Assembly: GCA_041649315.1 (NCBI GenBank)
Contig: JBAZNJ010000002.1
Coordinates: 128,851 to 192,850, forward strand
From: Patescibacteria group bacterium
GTDB lineage: Bacteria; Patescibacteriota; Patescibacteriia; Patescibacteriales; UBA12465
Direction of reading: 5' to 3'
DNA: 64,000 nucleotides
A program made the position numbers and the translations under genes. Positions 7,272-15,862 of the stretch are shown here, in pieces. Below the pieces are notes generated by a model. The model was not told the origin of the DNA and did not search any database. It worked only from the letters and a program-made list of their open reading frames with translations. Numbering within the stretch: the stretch's first letter is position 1; every line of letters starts with the position of its first letter.

Positions 7272-8201
7272 ATGACTAATAACGAACTCATCTCTAAACT
7301 GAATAATCTGAAAAATGTCAATCCCGGGGCGAGCTGGAAAAAAAGCAATCGGGATCTTTTATTGGCTCAAATTTCAAATTCCGGAGCAGAAGAACTTTCG
7401 ACTTGGAAAATTTTTGTGATTAATTTTGAAAGCGTCCTAAAAGCCGCGGTTCGTCCGGTATCGGCTCTGGGCGTTTTTGTTTTATTATTGTTAGGCGGGG
7501 CGAGTAGCTACCAGATTTTCGCTCAAGCGAAACCGAACGACTCCTTATATATCGCCCGGGTAATTTCGGAAAAGGTTAAACTTAATACCGTTGTTAATAC
7601 GCAAGAGCGGGATAAATTAGCGGCCCGTTTTGCTTCTAACCATGCTCGGGATATCAGCGCGATTTTAGCCAATCCGGAATTTAATAATGAAGAGAATCAG
7701 GACCAGGTCGCGAAGTTAAGTGAAAGCTTTAATAAGGAAGTCGATACGGTTAAAGACCGGATTAACCGGATAAGCCGCGCGGACGCGCCGGTCGCGAGTG
7801 AAACTGAAGAAGAAAAAGAAGGGGAAGCAGAAATAATTATTGCTGATAGTTTTAAGGACGATAGTGGGATTCAATTAGCGGAAGCAGAAACGCCGGTCGC
7901 AGAAATATTAGAAACCGAGACCGAGATTGAAGTTGAAGCGGAAAAAGACGAGGCGGTCGCTTTAGAAATAAAGAAAGACGAGGCGGCTGAGGTATTGGCG
8001 GACGAAGGAGCGGATGCGGCGTCTAAGGAAGCGGCCAGCGCTTTGTTGAAGAATTTAGCTATAGAAGCGGAAGAGAAGGCCGCGGATGCGGATAACGTAG
8101 CGATTGAAAAAATATTAAATGAAGCCAAGGAATTATTTGATAATAAAGAATACGACGGCGTCCTGGAAAAACTCCAGGCCTTAGGAGAGCTTATTAAGTA
8201 A
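7272..8201 (+). CDS. single-pass membrane protein, DUF5667-like, with acidic Ala/Glu-rich C-terminus (possible anti-sigma/sigma-associated)
   Basis: TM segment VSALGVFVLLLLGGASSY followed by PNDSLYIARVISEKVKL...RDKLAARFASNHARDI (DUF5667-like pattern). Sits immediately downstream of the sigma gene. Confidence 0.55.
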   Translation: MTNNELISKLNNLKNVNPGASWKKSNRDLLLAQISNSGAEELSTWKIFVINFESVLKAAVRPVSALGVFVLLLLGGASSYQIFAQAKPNDSLYIARVISEKVKLNTVVNTQERDKLAARFASNHARDISAILANPEFNNEENQDQVAKLSESFNKEVDTVKDRINRISRADAPVASETEEEKEGEAEIIIADSFKDDSGIQLAEAETPVAEILETETEIEVEAEKDEAVALEIKKDEAAEVLADEGADAASKEAASALLKNLAIEAEEKAADADNVAIEKILNEAKELFDNKEYDGVLEKLQALGELIK

Positions 8202-8228
8202 TCTTTAATTTTAAATTTCGATAGCGCT

Positions 8229-8316
8229 AATCTGTTAGTTTATCTCTCCTTGTTAATCCTAGCCGGAAGATCCGTCTTCCGCTCCGGACGGACCGGATGA
8301 GATAAATTAACAGATT
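8229..8316 (+). other. long 18-bp-stem hairpin enclosing two GC hairpins; first part of a structured GC-rich non-coding region (8229 to about 8600)
   Basis: aatctgttagtttatctc (8229-8246) pairs with gagataaattaacagatt (8299-8316). The single G:U pair is only compatible with a + strand RNA. Inner hairpins are cggaaga/tcttccg and tccgg/ccgga. Confidence 0.35.
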
Positions 8317-8633
8317 CGCGTTTGCGAATCGGCAGACCTGATCAAGGTCGAGTCGCAGTGATGCGGCGGTTTGTCCATTATTAACCTTAAATTTCAATTC
8401 AAAGCTTGAAAGAAAGCAAATCAAAGAAATCCGTAAATCGGTTAAGCTTTTCTCCAGTCGGCGGGCAACACGCGCTTGACTGGCAGAACTTTTTTGAAGA
8501 TCAGCCGGTCATCGCCTTAAGCTAAAAGCCGAATGGCGAAGCGGGATTCCGACTGATTTACCCTTTTCCGAAATTTCTTTTAAAGTAGAGTAGAGAATTG
8601 ATCCTTATCATTATTGTTTAGTTCCGACTACTA

Positions 8634-8653
8634 TTGTCCGGACAAACTATAAT
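8634..8653 (+). promoter_or_regulatory. TATAAT -10 box (8648-8653) preceded by the 12-bp palindrome ttgtccggacaa (8634-8645), just upstream of the S-layer-like gene
   Basis: Read directly. The ATG at 8670 is 17 nt after the -10 box, implying a very short leader. No good -35 box. Confidence 0.3.
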
Positions 8654-8669
8654 GATCTAATCATTAATT

Positions 8670-11600
8670 ATGAAAAAATTACGCAAATTCCTAGTCAGCA
8701 GCGTAATGGGATTAACGGTTTTAGCCATGTGTGGCTTAGTTGCTCCTGAGGTCAATGCGGCCGCTTCCGCGGGCGATTTGATCAAAATGAGTGGCAACTC
8801 TTCCGTTTATTACCTTGGCGCTGATGGCAAGAGATATGTCTTCCCTAACGAAGCGACCTATATGTCGTGGTATTCTGATTTCAGCGGCGTGGTAACCATC
8901 CCGTCTGCCGAACTTCAGAGCTACGCTCTCGGTGGTAACGTTACCATGAGACCGGGTACGAAGTTAGTGAAGATTACGACTGATCCTTCTGTTTATGCTG
9001 TTGAAACCAATGGCACGCTCAGAAAGATCCAGAGTGAAGCTCAAGCGGCCGCTTTATACGGCACGGATTGGGCAAAACGGGTAGTTGATGTTCCGGATGC
9101 TTTCTTTACCAACTACACGGTTGGTGCGGCTTTAGCGAGCGGAGCGACTCCGGTCGGTTCTTTAGTTAAGAACGCGACTGGCGCTGATATCTTCTACTAT
9201 GATGGTACTAATTATCGGAAAATTGATAACGAAGCAGCCATGACGGCTAATCGCTTTAAGATGAGCGACGTCATTACTGCGGCGACTACGGTTGCGGCCG
9301 GCGGAACGGCGATCACGGCGGCGGAAACCGCTTTGGTTAATGTTTCTCAAGGCGCTTCTTCTCCGAGCACGGTTATCACTGGCTCCGGCCTGATGGTTTC
9401 TTTGAGCTCGGCGACTCCGGCGGCAGCTGGTATTCCGGCGGCCTCTCCGATGGAATTCTTAAAGATCAATTTAACGGCGGCTAACGACGGCGCGGTCAAT
9501 GTTTCCGCGATTACTTTAACTGCTTATGATCTTGGGACTTCTACTTATATTGATGAAGTTACCTTCTATGATAACGGCGTTAAGGTCGGAACTTCAAAGA
9601 ACTTTACTTCGGACCGCGTTGCTTCCTTTAGCTTTGCGACCCCGATTACTGTTAACGCGGGTACGACTAAGACCTTGACCGTCAAAGCGACGATCGAAAC
9701 CGGCCAGAGCGGAAACTTCGCGATCGGTATTGCGAAAGCGGCGGATATTACCGCGACCGCGTCTGCGGTTTCCGGTTCTTTCCCGGTTGTCGGTAACACG
9801 ATGTCCATCGTTTCCGGTGCGACTATCGGTACGGTTGCTGTTTCTAACGTTAATGGCACGGATACAGATAATAAATTCGGCGAAGATAATGTTCTTTTAG
9901 CTGGATTTGATTTAACGTCTGCTAACGAGCCGATTCTTATCCAGTCCATAAAATTACGGAATGGCGGAACCGACACGACCGGTATCGTTGATAACTTGAA
10001 GTTATTGGTTGACGGCACGGAAGTCGCGACCGGTACTTATGCTGATAAATACGTAACTTTTGCCATGAACAATTACAAGATCGCGAAAGGCGATACGGTT
10101 CAGGTTGAAGTTCGAGGTGATTTAGGTATAGCTAATGCTAATGATACCTTCACCTTATATATCAAGGATATCAATGATTGTGTCTTCCTTGGTCAGGATT
10201 ACGGCTTCGGCGTTCAGTTGACGGCCGCGAGCTTTGCTTTATTAGACACGACGACTGAAGGTATTACTGTTACCTTAAAGACCGGTCAATTCACGATTGA
10301 TATGGATAAGACTGCAACTCCTTCCAAGGATGTTAAAGCTGGCGACAACGATGTTGTCTTAGCGACTTTGGTTATGAAGTCTAATGGCGAAAATGCCACG
10401 ATCGAACAGATCGTTGACAGTGGCGCTGGTGACTTTGAAATCAATGGTACTGGCTTAGCGTCTGGTGAACTTGAGAACGTAGAAATGCGTGACGTTGCCA
10501 CTGGCGCCGTCTATGACATTACTGCGACTTGGGTTAACGATACCTTATGGACATTGTCTATGACCGATGAGATTTCCTTGGTTAAAGGCGTAGCCAAGAC
10601 CTTCCAGATCCGCGCTGATATGAGCGATACTGCTGGTGCGGTAATCGACGATGGCGATACTATTTATGTCGTTGTTGATGGAGGAGCTATGACGATTACC
10701 GGCGAAACTTCTAACGCCTCTATTACTGATATTACTCCGTCTTCCGTTACCTCCGCGACCGCGACGGTTAAGGATGCTTCCTTGACCTGGACCCCGACTG
10801 CTTTATCAACCCAGACGGTTGTCGGCGGCGCGCAGGATGTCGTTGTTTATCAGGCCTCTTTGAAAGCTGGTACGGCTGATGGTATTAAATTGTCCGCAGT
10901 GACGATTTCTACTATTGGTCACCAGGCAGCTTTCACTGATGCCGATATTACCAAGTTAGATTTATACTTGAACGGAAAACTGCTCAAGTCCGTTTCTAAC
11001 AGCATTGTTGAATCTGCTGCGACTCCGACTGACGGTTATATTACCTTCAACTCCTTCAGCAGTGAAGCTGACGCGACGATCGCGGCCGGCGCCACGGTTA
11101 ACTTAGTGGTTAAAGCGTCTTTCGCTTCCACGATTACCGCGGCCGGTAGCTTTACCCTTGAATTAGAATCTGCTGACGATGTTACTTCCCGCGCGGTTTC
11201 TACCAATGATGCGGTTACTGAAACCGGTACTATTTCTACAGCTTCTGGTACGGTTACCACGACGGCTAATGGTACTTTGAAGGTTGAGTTATTAACCTCC
11301 GGTTCTAAGACCAAGGATACCTATGTCTTGGCTGGCGCGGCTTCTCCGGCCGATCGCTATTTGGCGGAATTGAAGTTTACCACGCAATATGAACCGATCA
11401 AGGTTACCCGCTTACGCTTAGTCGATACCGGCACGGCGGCTTCTGATGATATCGCTTCTGTAAGATTAGTTACCAGCACTGGTACGATCGTAGCGGAAGA
11501 AATTCCGGAAGCTGATGGTCATGTTACTTTTGATCCGTTTGACTATACTTTCGCGGCCGATCAGGCGACCTCTTTGTACGTCCAGATTGTTACCCGGGGT

Positions 11601-12341
11601 ATGAATGTTTTGAATGATCCGACTTCAACCGCGGATTATAGACAGACCGTGATCTATAACATCGATCCGGCCGCTACTGGTATTGTGGCTAAGGGCGCGA
11701 ATTCCAGCGTTGCCACTACTTTAGCGGTGGATATTGATGATAATGTGATTACCGCGGGTGAATGGTCTCGGGCGGCGACTTTGTCTAAGACCGCGACTAT
11801 TACCGGTTCAATCTTGAACACGATTACCAACGCGATGTCCGACGGCGCCCTAACCGGCGGTACGGGCAAGACCTTGGCTAAGTACAAGTTTGTCTTTGAT
11901 AACGGAAGCAACCGCACCGCGGCTAACTCTGAATTAAAGGCGATTCTTGATGCTTTGACCGTTACCTTCTCTAAGGCGGCTGATGTTGTCGTTGCTAATG
12001 TTAAAGCTCATATCGACGGTACTGCCACTAAGGTAGCCGCTGATACGGAAACTACTTTAACTGCGGCTAACGCTTCTGGTTCCGCGACTTGGGATGCTTT
12101 GACCTTACAGGGCTTAGCTGATGACGGCGCGGTTGATGGCGAAGTCACCTTGGTTATTACCGGTGACGTTACCACGACTACGGCTGACAGCGAATATATC
12201 CAGACTTCGCTTGCGGATTTGGGTGGTTCCGGTAGCGATGACGATGTTAACTTCATCGGCGACGGTACTGCGGCTGGTACTGCTTTAACCAACATGTATT
12301 TGCCGGTTACGGAAGTTATCGGTGGTACTTTGGCTGAGTAG
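8670..12341 (+). CDS. giant secreted cell-surface (S-layer-like) protein with repeated beta-sandwich-like modules
   Basis: Signal peptide MKKLRKFLVSSVMGLTVLAMCGLVAPEVNAAAS. Three N-terminal modules of about 50 aa (VYYLGADGKRYVFPNE.. / VYAVETNGTLRKIQSE.. / IFYYDGTNYRKIDNE..). A long Thr/Ala/Val/Gly/Asp-rich body has recurring ...A.F.L.A..E.I.V..I.L-type modules. Strong T-ending codon bias, and three terminator hairpins lie downstream. Confidence 0.75.
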   Translation: MKKLRKFLVSSVMGLTVLAMCGLVAPEVNAAASAGDLIKMSGNSSVYYLGADGKRYVFPNEATYMSWYSDFSGVVTIPSAELQSYALGGNVTMRPGTKLVKITTDPSVYAVETNGTLRKIQSEAQAAALYGTDWAKRVVDVPDAFFTNYTVGAALASGATPVGSLVKNATGADIFYYDGTNYRKIDNEAAMTANRFKMSDVITAATTVAAGGTAITAAETALVNVSQGASSPSTVITGSGLMVSLSSATPAAAGIPAASPMEFLKINLTAANDGAVNVSAITLTAYDLGTSTYIDEVTFYDNGVKVGTSKNFTSDRVASFSFATPITVNAGTTKTLTVKATIETGQSGNFAIGIAKAADITATASAVSGSFPVVGNTMSIVSGATIGTVAVSNVNGTDTDNKFGEDNVLLAGFDLTSANEPILIQSIKLRNGGTDTTGIVDNLKLLVDGTEVATGTYADKYVTFAMNNYKIAKGDTVQVEVRGDLGIANANDTFTLYIKDINDCVFLGQDYGFGVQLTAASFALLDTTTEGITVTLKTGQFTIDMDKTATPSKDVKAGDNDVVLATLVMKSNGENATIEQIVDSGAGDFEINGTGLASGELENVEMRDVATGAVYDITATWVNDTLWTLSMTDEISLVKGVAKTFQIRADMSDTAGAVIDDGDTIYVVVDGGAMTITGETSNASITDITPSSVTSATATVKDASLTWTPTALSTQTVVGGAQDVVVYQASLKAGTADGIKLSAVTISTIGHQAAFTDADITKLDLYLNGKLLKSVSNSIVESAATPTDGYITFNSFSSEADATIAAGATVNLVVKASFASTITAAGSFTLELESADDVTSRAVSTNDAVTETGTISTASGTVTTTANGTLKVELLTSGSKTKDTYVLAGAASPADRYLAELKFTTQYEPIKVTRLRLVDTGTAASDDIASVRLVTSTGTIVAEEIPEADGHVTFDPFDYTFAADQATSLYVQIVTRGMNVLNDPTSTADYRQTVIYNIDPAATGIVAKGANSSVATTLAVDIDDNVITAGEWSRAATLSKTATITGSILNTITNAMSDGALTGGTGKTLAKYKFVFDNGSNRTAANSELKAILDALTVTFSKAADVVVANVKAHIDGTATKVAADTETTLTAANASGSATWDALTLQGLADDGAVDGEVTLVITGDVTTTTADSEYIQTSLADLGGSGSDDDVNFIGDGTAAGTALTNMYLPVTEVIGGTLAE

Positions 12342-12390
12342 TCCGAAGTTCTGAACAGTTTTCCCGATTGGCTATAACAAATCGGTAACG

Positions 12391-12416
12391 AAAAGGGCGG
12401 CGCAAGCCGCCCTTTT
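12391..12416 (+). terminator. intrinsic terminator 1 of 3 after the S-layer-like gene
   Basis: aaaagggcggc gcaa gccgcccttttc. Confidence 0.75.
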
Positions 12417-12435
12417 CTAATAGAGAGAAGAATAA

Positions 12436-12457
12436 AAGAGCCCCGGCCGGGGCTCTT
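12436..12457 (+). terminator. GC hairpin 2 of 3 after the S-layer-like gene
   Basis: aagagccccgg ccggggctctt; weak T-tract. Confidence 0.5.
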
Positions 12458-12496
12458 GGCTGTAGCTTAAGGAATTGAGACCACACATAAAATTGT

Positions 12497-12521
12497 GGCC
12501 GACGAAAAAGTCGGCCTTTTT
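12497..12521 (+). terminator. intrinsic terminator 3 of 3 after the S-layer-like gene
   Basis: ggccgac gaaaaa gtcggcc ttttt. Confidence 0.7.
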
Positions 12522-12617
12522 GCTTTTAATTGCTGTTTATTTTTTCTTTAAAAAATCTTTATCCGAACTTCATTCGGGGTTTGCTATGATGGAGGAGAAA
12601 AATTTAATTTAAGGAAT

Positions 12618-13079
12618 ATGGATAAATATAACAAAAAAAATTTTAAGAAAATAAAAAACAAAATAAATAGCCAGTATAAAAATATTGGCCGTGTTTATAA
12701 TCCAGCCTTAAGATCTAACGTTTCGTTTAATTCTAACGGTTGGCATCATCTTTGTTATGATAATAACCGGTCTGAACGTAGTAAAGCAGTTCAAATAAAT
12801 AAACTCAGATTTTTTAGCAATGCGGTAAATATTATAAAAAAGTCAACCACGATTCAAGAGTATAGACGAGGAAAACTTAGTATTGATGGAAAGGAATCAG
12901 TAGTTGAATGGTTTGCATTTTGGTCAATCATTAGTTTTATAAAACTAATCAGGATAAAAGTCATAGTTAGACGTATTGGAGGGCTTAATGGCCAATATCA
13001 TTTTTGGAGCGTGATGCCATTTTGGTCTCTTCGACAGGGAGAGAGGTTTATTGGATCGGCTGGGCTGGAGTATGAATAA
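12618..13079 (+). CDS. hypothetical protein (153 aa, Lys/Asn-rich N-terminus), AT-rich orphan
   Basis: ATG ORF with its own extended -10 box (tgctatgat, 12582-12590) and its own terminator. No motif recognised. Visibly more AT-rich than its neighbours. Confidence 0.5.
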   Translation: MDKYNKKNFKKIKNKINSQYKNIGRVYNPALRSNVSFNSNGWHHLCYDNNRSERSKAVQINKLRFFSNAVNIIKKSTTIQEYRRGKLSIDGKESVVEWFAFWSIISFIKLIRIKVIVRRIGGLNGQYHFWSVMPFWSLRQGERFIGSAGLEYE

Positions 13080-13082
13080 AAT

Positions 13083-13113
13083 AAAAACACTCTTTTTTTA
13101 AAAGAGTGTTTTT
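13083..13113 (+). terminator. intrinsic terminator of the 153-aa ORF
   Basis: acactctttt ttt aaaagagtgt followed by tttt. Confidence 0.7.
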
Positions 13114-13352
13114 ATCGTGCCTGCTTTTCGGCTTATAGCCCCGATGGGGTTAGGCCGAACGGAGCCTTCGCTCACAAGCACACTATTATTATATATCGGT
13201 TTATTATAATTGTCAAAATATTGTGCGAGCGAGTTTTGTGGAGCGCTAACTGGCCGGAGGGAGTTTTTTTGTGTTATAATATTATTGGTATTTTTATGAA
13301 AAAATAAATTTAAATTTTTCGTAAATATTTTTAACTTATTTTTAAAAATCTT

Positions 13353-15668
13353 ATGTCCGCTAAAACTTATTTAAGAATTCTCCAGGGAGGGCTTATCCTT
13401 TCTTTGTTAATAGTTTTTTTTGTTTTTCGCGATCTGCTTTTCCCGTTCATAACCTCAAAACAGCTGCCGTTTAATATTTTAATGGAAATTTTGTTGGCGA
13501 TTTGGCTGGTCTTTATCCTCCGTTACCCGGCCTATCGGCCGCGTCGTAGTTATATCAGCATCGGCTTACTCGCTTATCTGGCCGCGATTTTGGCTTCTTG
13601 CGCTGTGAGCGTTGATTTTAATTTAAGTTTTTGGGGCGATGCCGAACGGATGCTTGGCTTATTCCATTTAACGCATTTTTTTATCTTTTATTTAATTTTA
13701 ATTACCGCTTTTCGTTCCTGGCGGGAGTGGAGCGTTTTATTTCTATCCTCGGTTATAGTCGCGACCGGCGTGAGTTTAATCGGTCTATTCGGACCGGATA
13801 TCCATAGCACAATCGGCAATACGACTTATGTGAGCGGTTATCTGATATTTAATTTATTTTTTGCGGCGATATTATTTATTCGAAGCCGGAATTGCGGCCG
13901 CTGGCTTTATCTTTTGCCAGTGGCAATAATGCTTGTCGAATTCGGTGCTTGCCGGACTTCCGGCGCTTTTATCGGCTTGACCGCCGGCGTCCTGCTTTTT
14001 ATATTCTTGCTTGGCGCTTTCCATAAAAAAAGGGCTTGGCGCCGGACTGCGCTTATCGCCGCCTCTTCCTTGATTTTAGTTTTCATAATTTTATTTTCTA
14101 ACCAGTCCGCGCCTTGGTTTAAGAATAGTTTTTTGCGTGATTTAAGCTTTGCTAAACCGACTTTCCAGACCCGGTTGATTTCCTGGCGGGCCGCGGCCAA
14201 GGATTTTAAAAACCATCGGCTTTTTGGCACGGGCTTTGGTAATTATGCCGTGATTTTTGATAAGCATTTCGATTCTAAATTTTTTAGTTACGCTACGACC
14301 GAAACCTATTTTGATCGGGCGCATAATAATCTGATTGATATCGGCTCGACGACCGGATTGGTAGGCCTTATAACTTATTTAAGTATATTCGCCGCCGCTT
14401 TATATTATTTGATTCGAGAGTTTAAGAAAAATGGCGGGCGGATTGGAATTGATGAAAGCGGCGCGCGTCGGAATTTAGAGTTGTCTTTAATCATTGCTCT
14501 TTTAGGGGCTTATTTTGTCCAGAATTTAGCGGTTTTTGATTCTTTTGTTACTTATATCGGCTTGATGATGATTTTAGGTTTTATTTATTGGCGTAGTACT
14601 GGGGCGGAGCAGGCGGGAGACGAAACTGAAAACGAAGAAAACGAAGAAGACGGTTTGGCCACGACGCGACCGGTCCGGCTCGGTCCGACTTGGGAAAATA
14701 TTGTCTTGATTATATTCTTAGCCGGCGCCTTATTTTTTGCTTATCAGTTTAATATTAAGCCCTGGCGGACTTTTGCCGGCGTAATTGAAGGTTATTCTAA
14801 TATTACTTCCGGGCGGGTTGCCGCCGGTTTTGATGCTTATCACAAGGCCCTGCGCGGCGGCCCTTTGGATCGTGACGGCCGGACAACTTTTATTAATTTG
14901 GCTGTTTATGATCAGGCGATGTTAGATTCCTTAACCCCGGCTTCAGCCGCGGAATTTATGGAATACGCGATTGATTTAGCCCGACAGAATGTCGCTCAGA
15001 GCCCCTTTGATAGCTTGATACAAATGCAATTAGCCCAGATTTTAGACATGACCGCTCGTTTTTATTACGCAAAATATCCTAATCCAGAAAAGGTTAGCGA
15101 GTATTCGGCTGCGGCTATGGACGCCATGGAGGATTCGCTTGCTGCCAGTCCGGGCCGGGCGCCGGTCCATATCGTTAAAGCGCAGATGCTTTTATCCCGC
15201 GGCGAAACCGAAGAAGCGATTAAAACTATTGAACACGCGATTTCCCTTAACCCTGATTATCCTGAGGGTTATTGCCGTCTGGCGCAATTTTTTATGGTTT
15301 TAGGTAAGGATGATGAAAAATATGAAATGAGGATTAGGGAACCATTAGATAAGTGCGCGGAATTGAATGGCGCGGTCAGCATCGGTTCGCCGACTTTATT
15401 GATGGATATTATTACTTATTATTCGGAAGCCGGCGATTATGAAAAGGCGCTTTATTTTGCCGAACGCTTGGCGGAGATTTATGGCGAGGAGACCTTGGTC
15501 CAGTTTAATCTGGCGAAACTCTATCTTATTGTCGGCCAGGACGACCGGGCGGAAGAAATTATCGCCGGGTTATTATCAACGGGATTAGATGCCCAGGCGG
15601 CCTGGGATGAGTTTAAGGCCAAAGTTTTAGCGGAAAGAGAAAAAGCCGCGGCGGGGTTATCGGAGTAA
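13353..15668 (+). CDS. polytopic O-antigen ligase/polymerase-like (Wzy_C) membrane protein fused to C-terminal TPR repeats
   Basis: About 12 predicted TM helices. The Wzy_C-like motif RAHNNLIDIGSTTGLVGLITYL is present. The C-terminal 300 aa has TPR-like helical repeats (EEAIKTIEHAISLNPDYPEGYCRLAQFF..., YEKALYFAERLAEIY). Confidence 0.7.
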   Translation: MSAKTYLRILQGGLILSLLIVFFVFRDLLFPFITSKQLPFNILMEILLAIWLVFILRYPAYRPRRSYISIGLLAYLAAILASCAVSVDFNLSFWGDAERMLGLFHLTHFFIFYLILITAFRSWREWSVLFLSSVIVATGVSLIGLFGPDIHSTIGNTTYVSGYLIFNLFFAAILFIRSRNCGRWLYLLPVAIMLVEFGACRTSGAFIGLTAGVLLFIFLLGAFHKKRAWRRTALIAASSLILVFIILFSNQSAPWFKNSFLRDLSFAKPTFQTRLISWRAAAKDFKNHRLFGTGFGNYAVIFDKHFDSKFFSYATTETYFDRAHNNLIDIGSTTGLVGLITYLSIFAAALYYLIREFKKNGGRIGIDESGARRNLELSLIIALLGAYFVQNLAVFDSFVTYIGLMMILGFIYWRSTGAEQAGDETENEENEEDGLATTRPVRLGPTWENIVLIIFLAGALFFAYQFNIKPWRTFAGVIEGYSNITSGRVAAGFDAYHKALRGGPLDRDGRTTFINLAVYDQAMLDSLTPASAAEFMEYAIDLARQNVAQSPFDSLIQMQLAQILDMTARFYYAKYPNPEKVSEYSAAAMDAMEDSLAASPGRAPVHIVKAQMLLSRGETEEAIKTIEHAISLNPDYPEGYCRLAQFFMVLGKDDEKYEMRIREPLDKCAELNGAVSIGSPTLLMDIITYYSEAGDYEKALYFAERLAEIYGEETLVQFNLAKLYLIVGQDDRAEEIIAGLLSTGLDAQAAWDEFKAKVLAEREKAAAGLSE

Positions 15669-15693
15669 AAAACCAGATAAAATCTTTTTTTAG

Positions 15694-15723
15694 AAAATCA
15701 GGCCGGTCGGTCTGATTTTTTTG
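15694..15723 (+). terminator. intrinsic terminator
   Basis: aatcaggcc ggtc ggtctgatt followed by a T-run. Confidence 0.7.
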
Positions 15724-15862
15724 TTTTGGGGAAAAATCCGAAACATTCAAGCAGGCTTAGGGTTTTTATTTTTAAACTAGAAAAAATATTTTAATAAAAT
15801 TTAAATATTCCATCAGGAGCTTTTTGTTATAGTAGGATTAGCGCTAAAGCTTGGGATTCAGA

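Noticed and set aside
8229-8600. tmRNA, SRP RNA or a riboswitch in the spacer upstream of the S-layer-like gene.
   Set aside because: There is no tRNA-like T-arm or CCA end, no tag ORF ending in ..AA-stop, no GGAA/AGCAGC SRP domain IV consensus, and no riboswitch core that I recognise. It is kept only as an unclassified structured element.
8634-8645. 12-bp palindrome ttgtccggacaa as a significant operator.
   Set aside because: A 6+6 palindrome is expected about once per few kb by chance. It is retained only as a low-confidence annotation because of its position next to the -10 box.
12293-12341. LPVTE near the C-terminus of the S-layer-like protein as a sortase LPXTG signal.
   Set aside because: Gly is replaced by Glu, and there is no following hydrophobic segment or basic tail. 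No sortase gene is present in the window.
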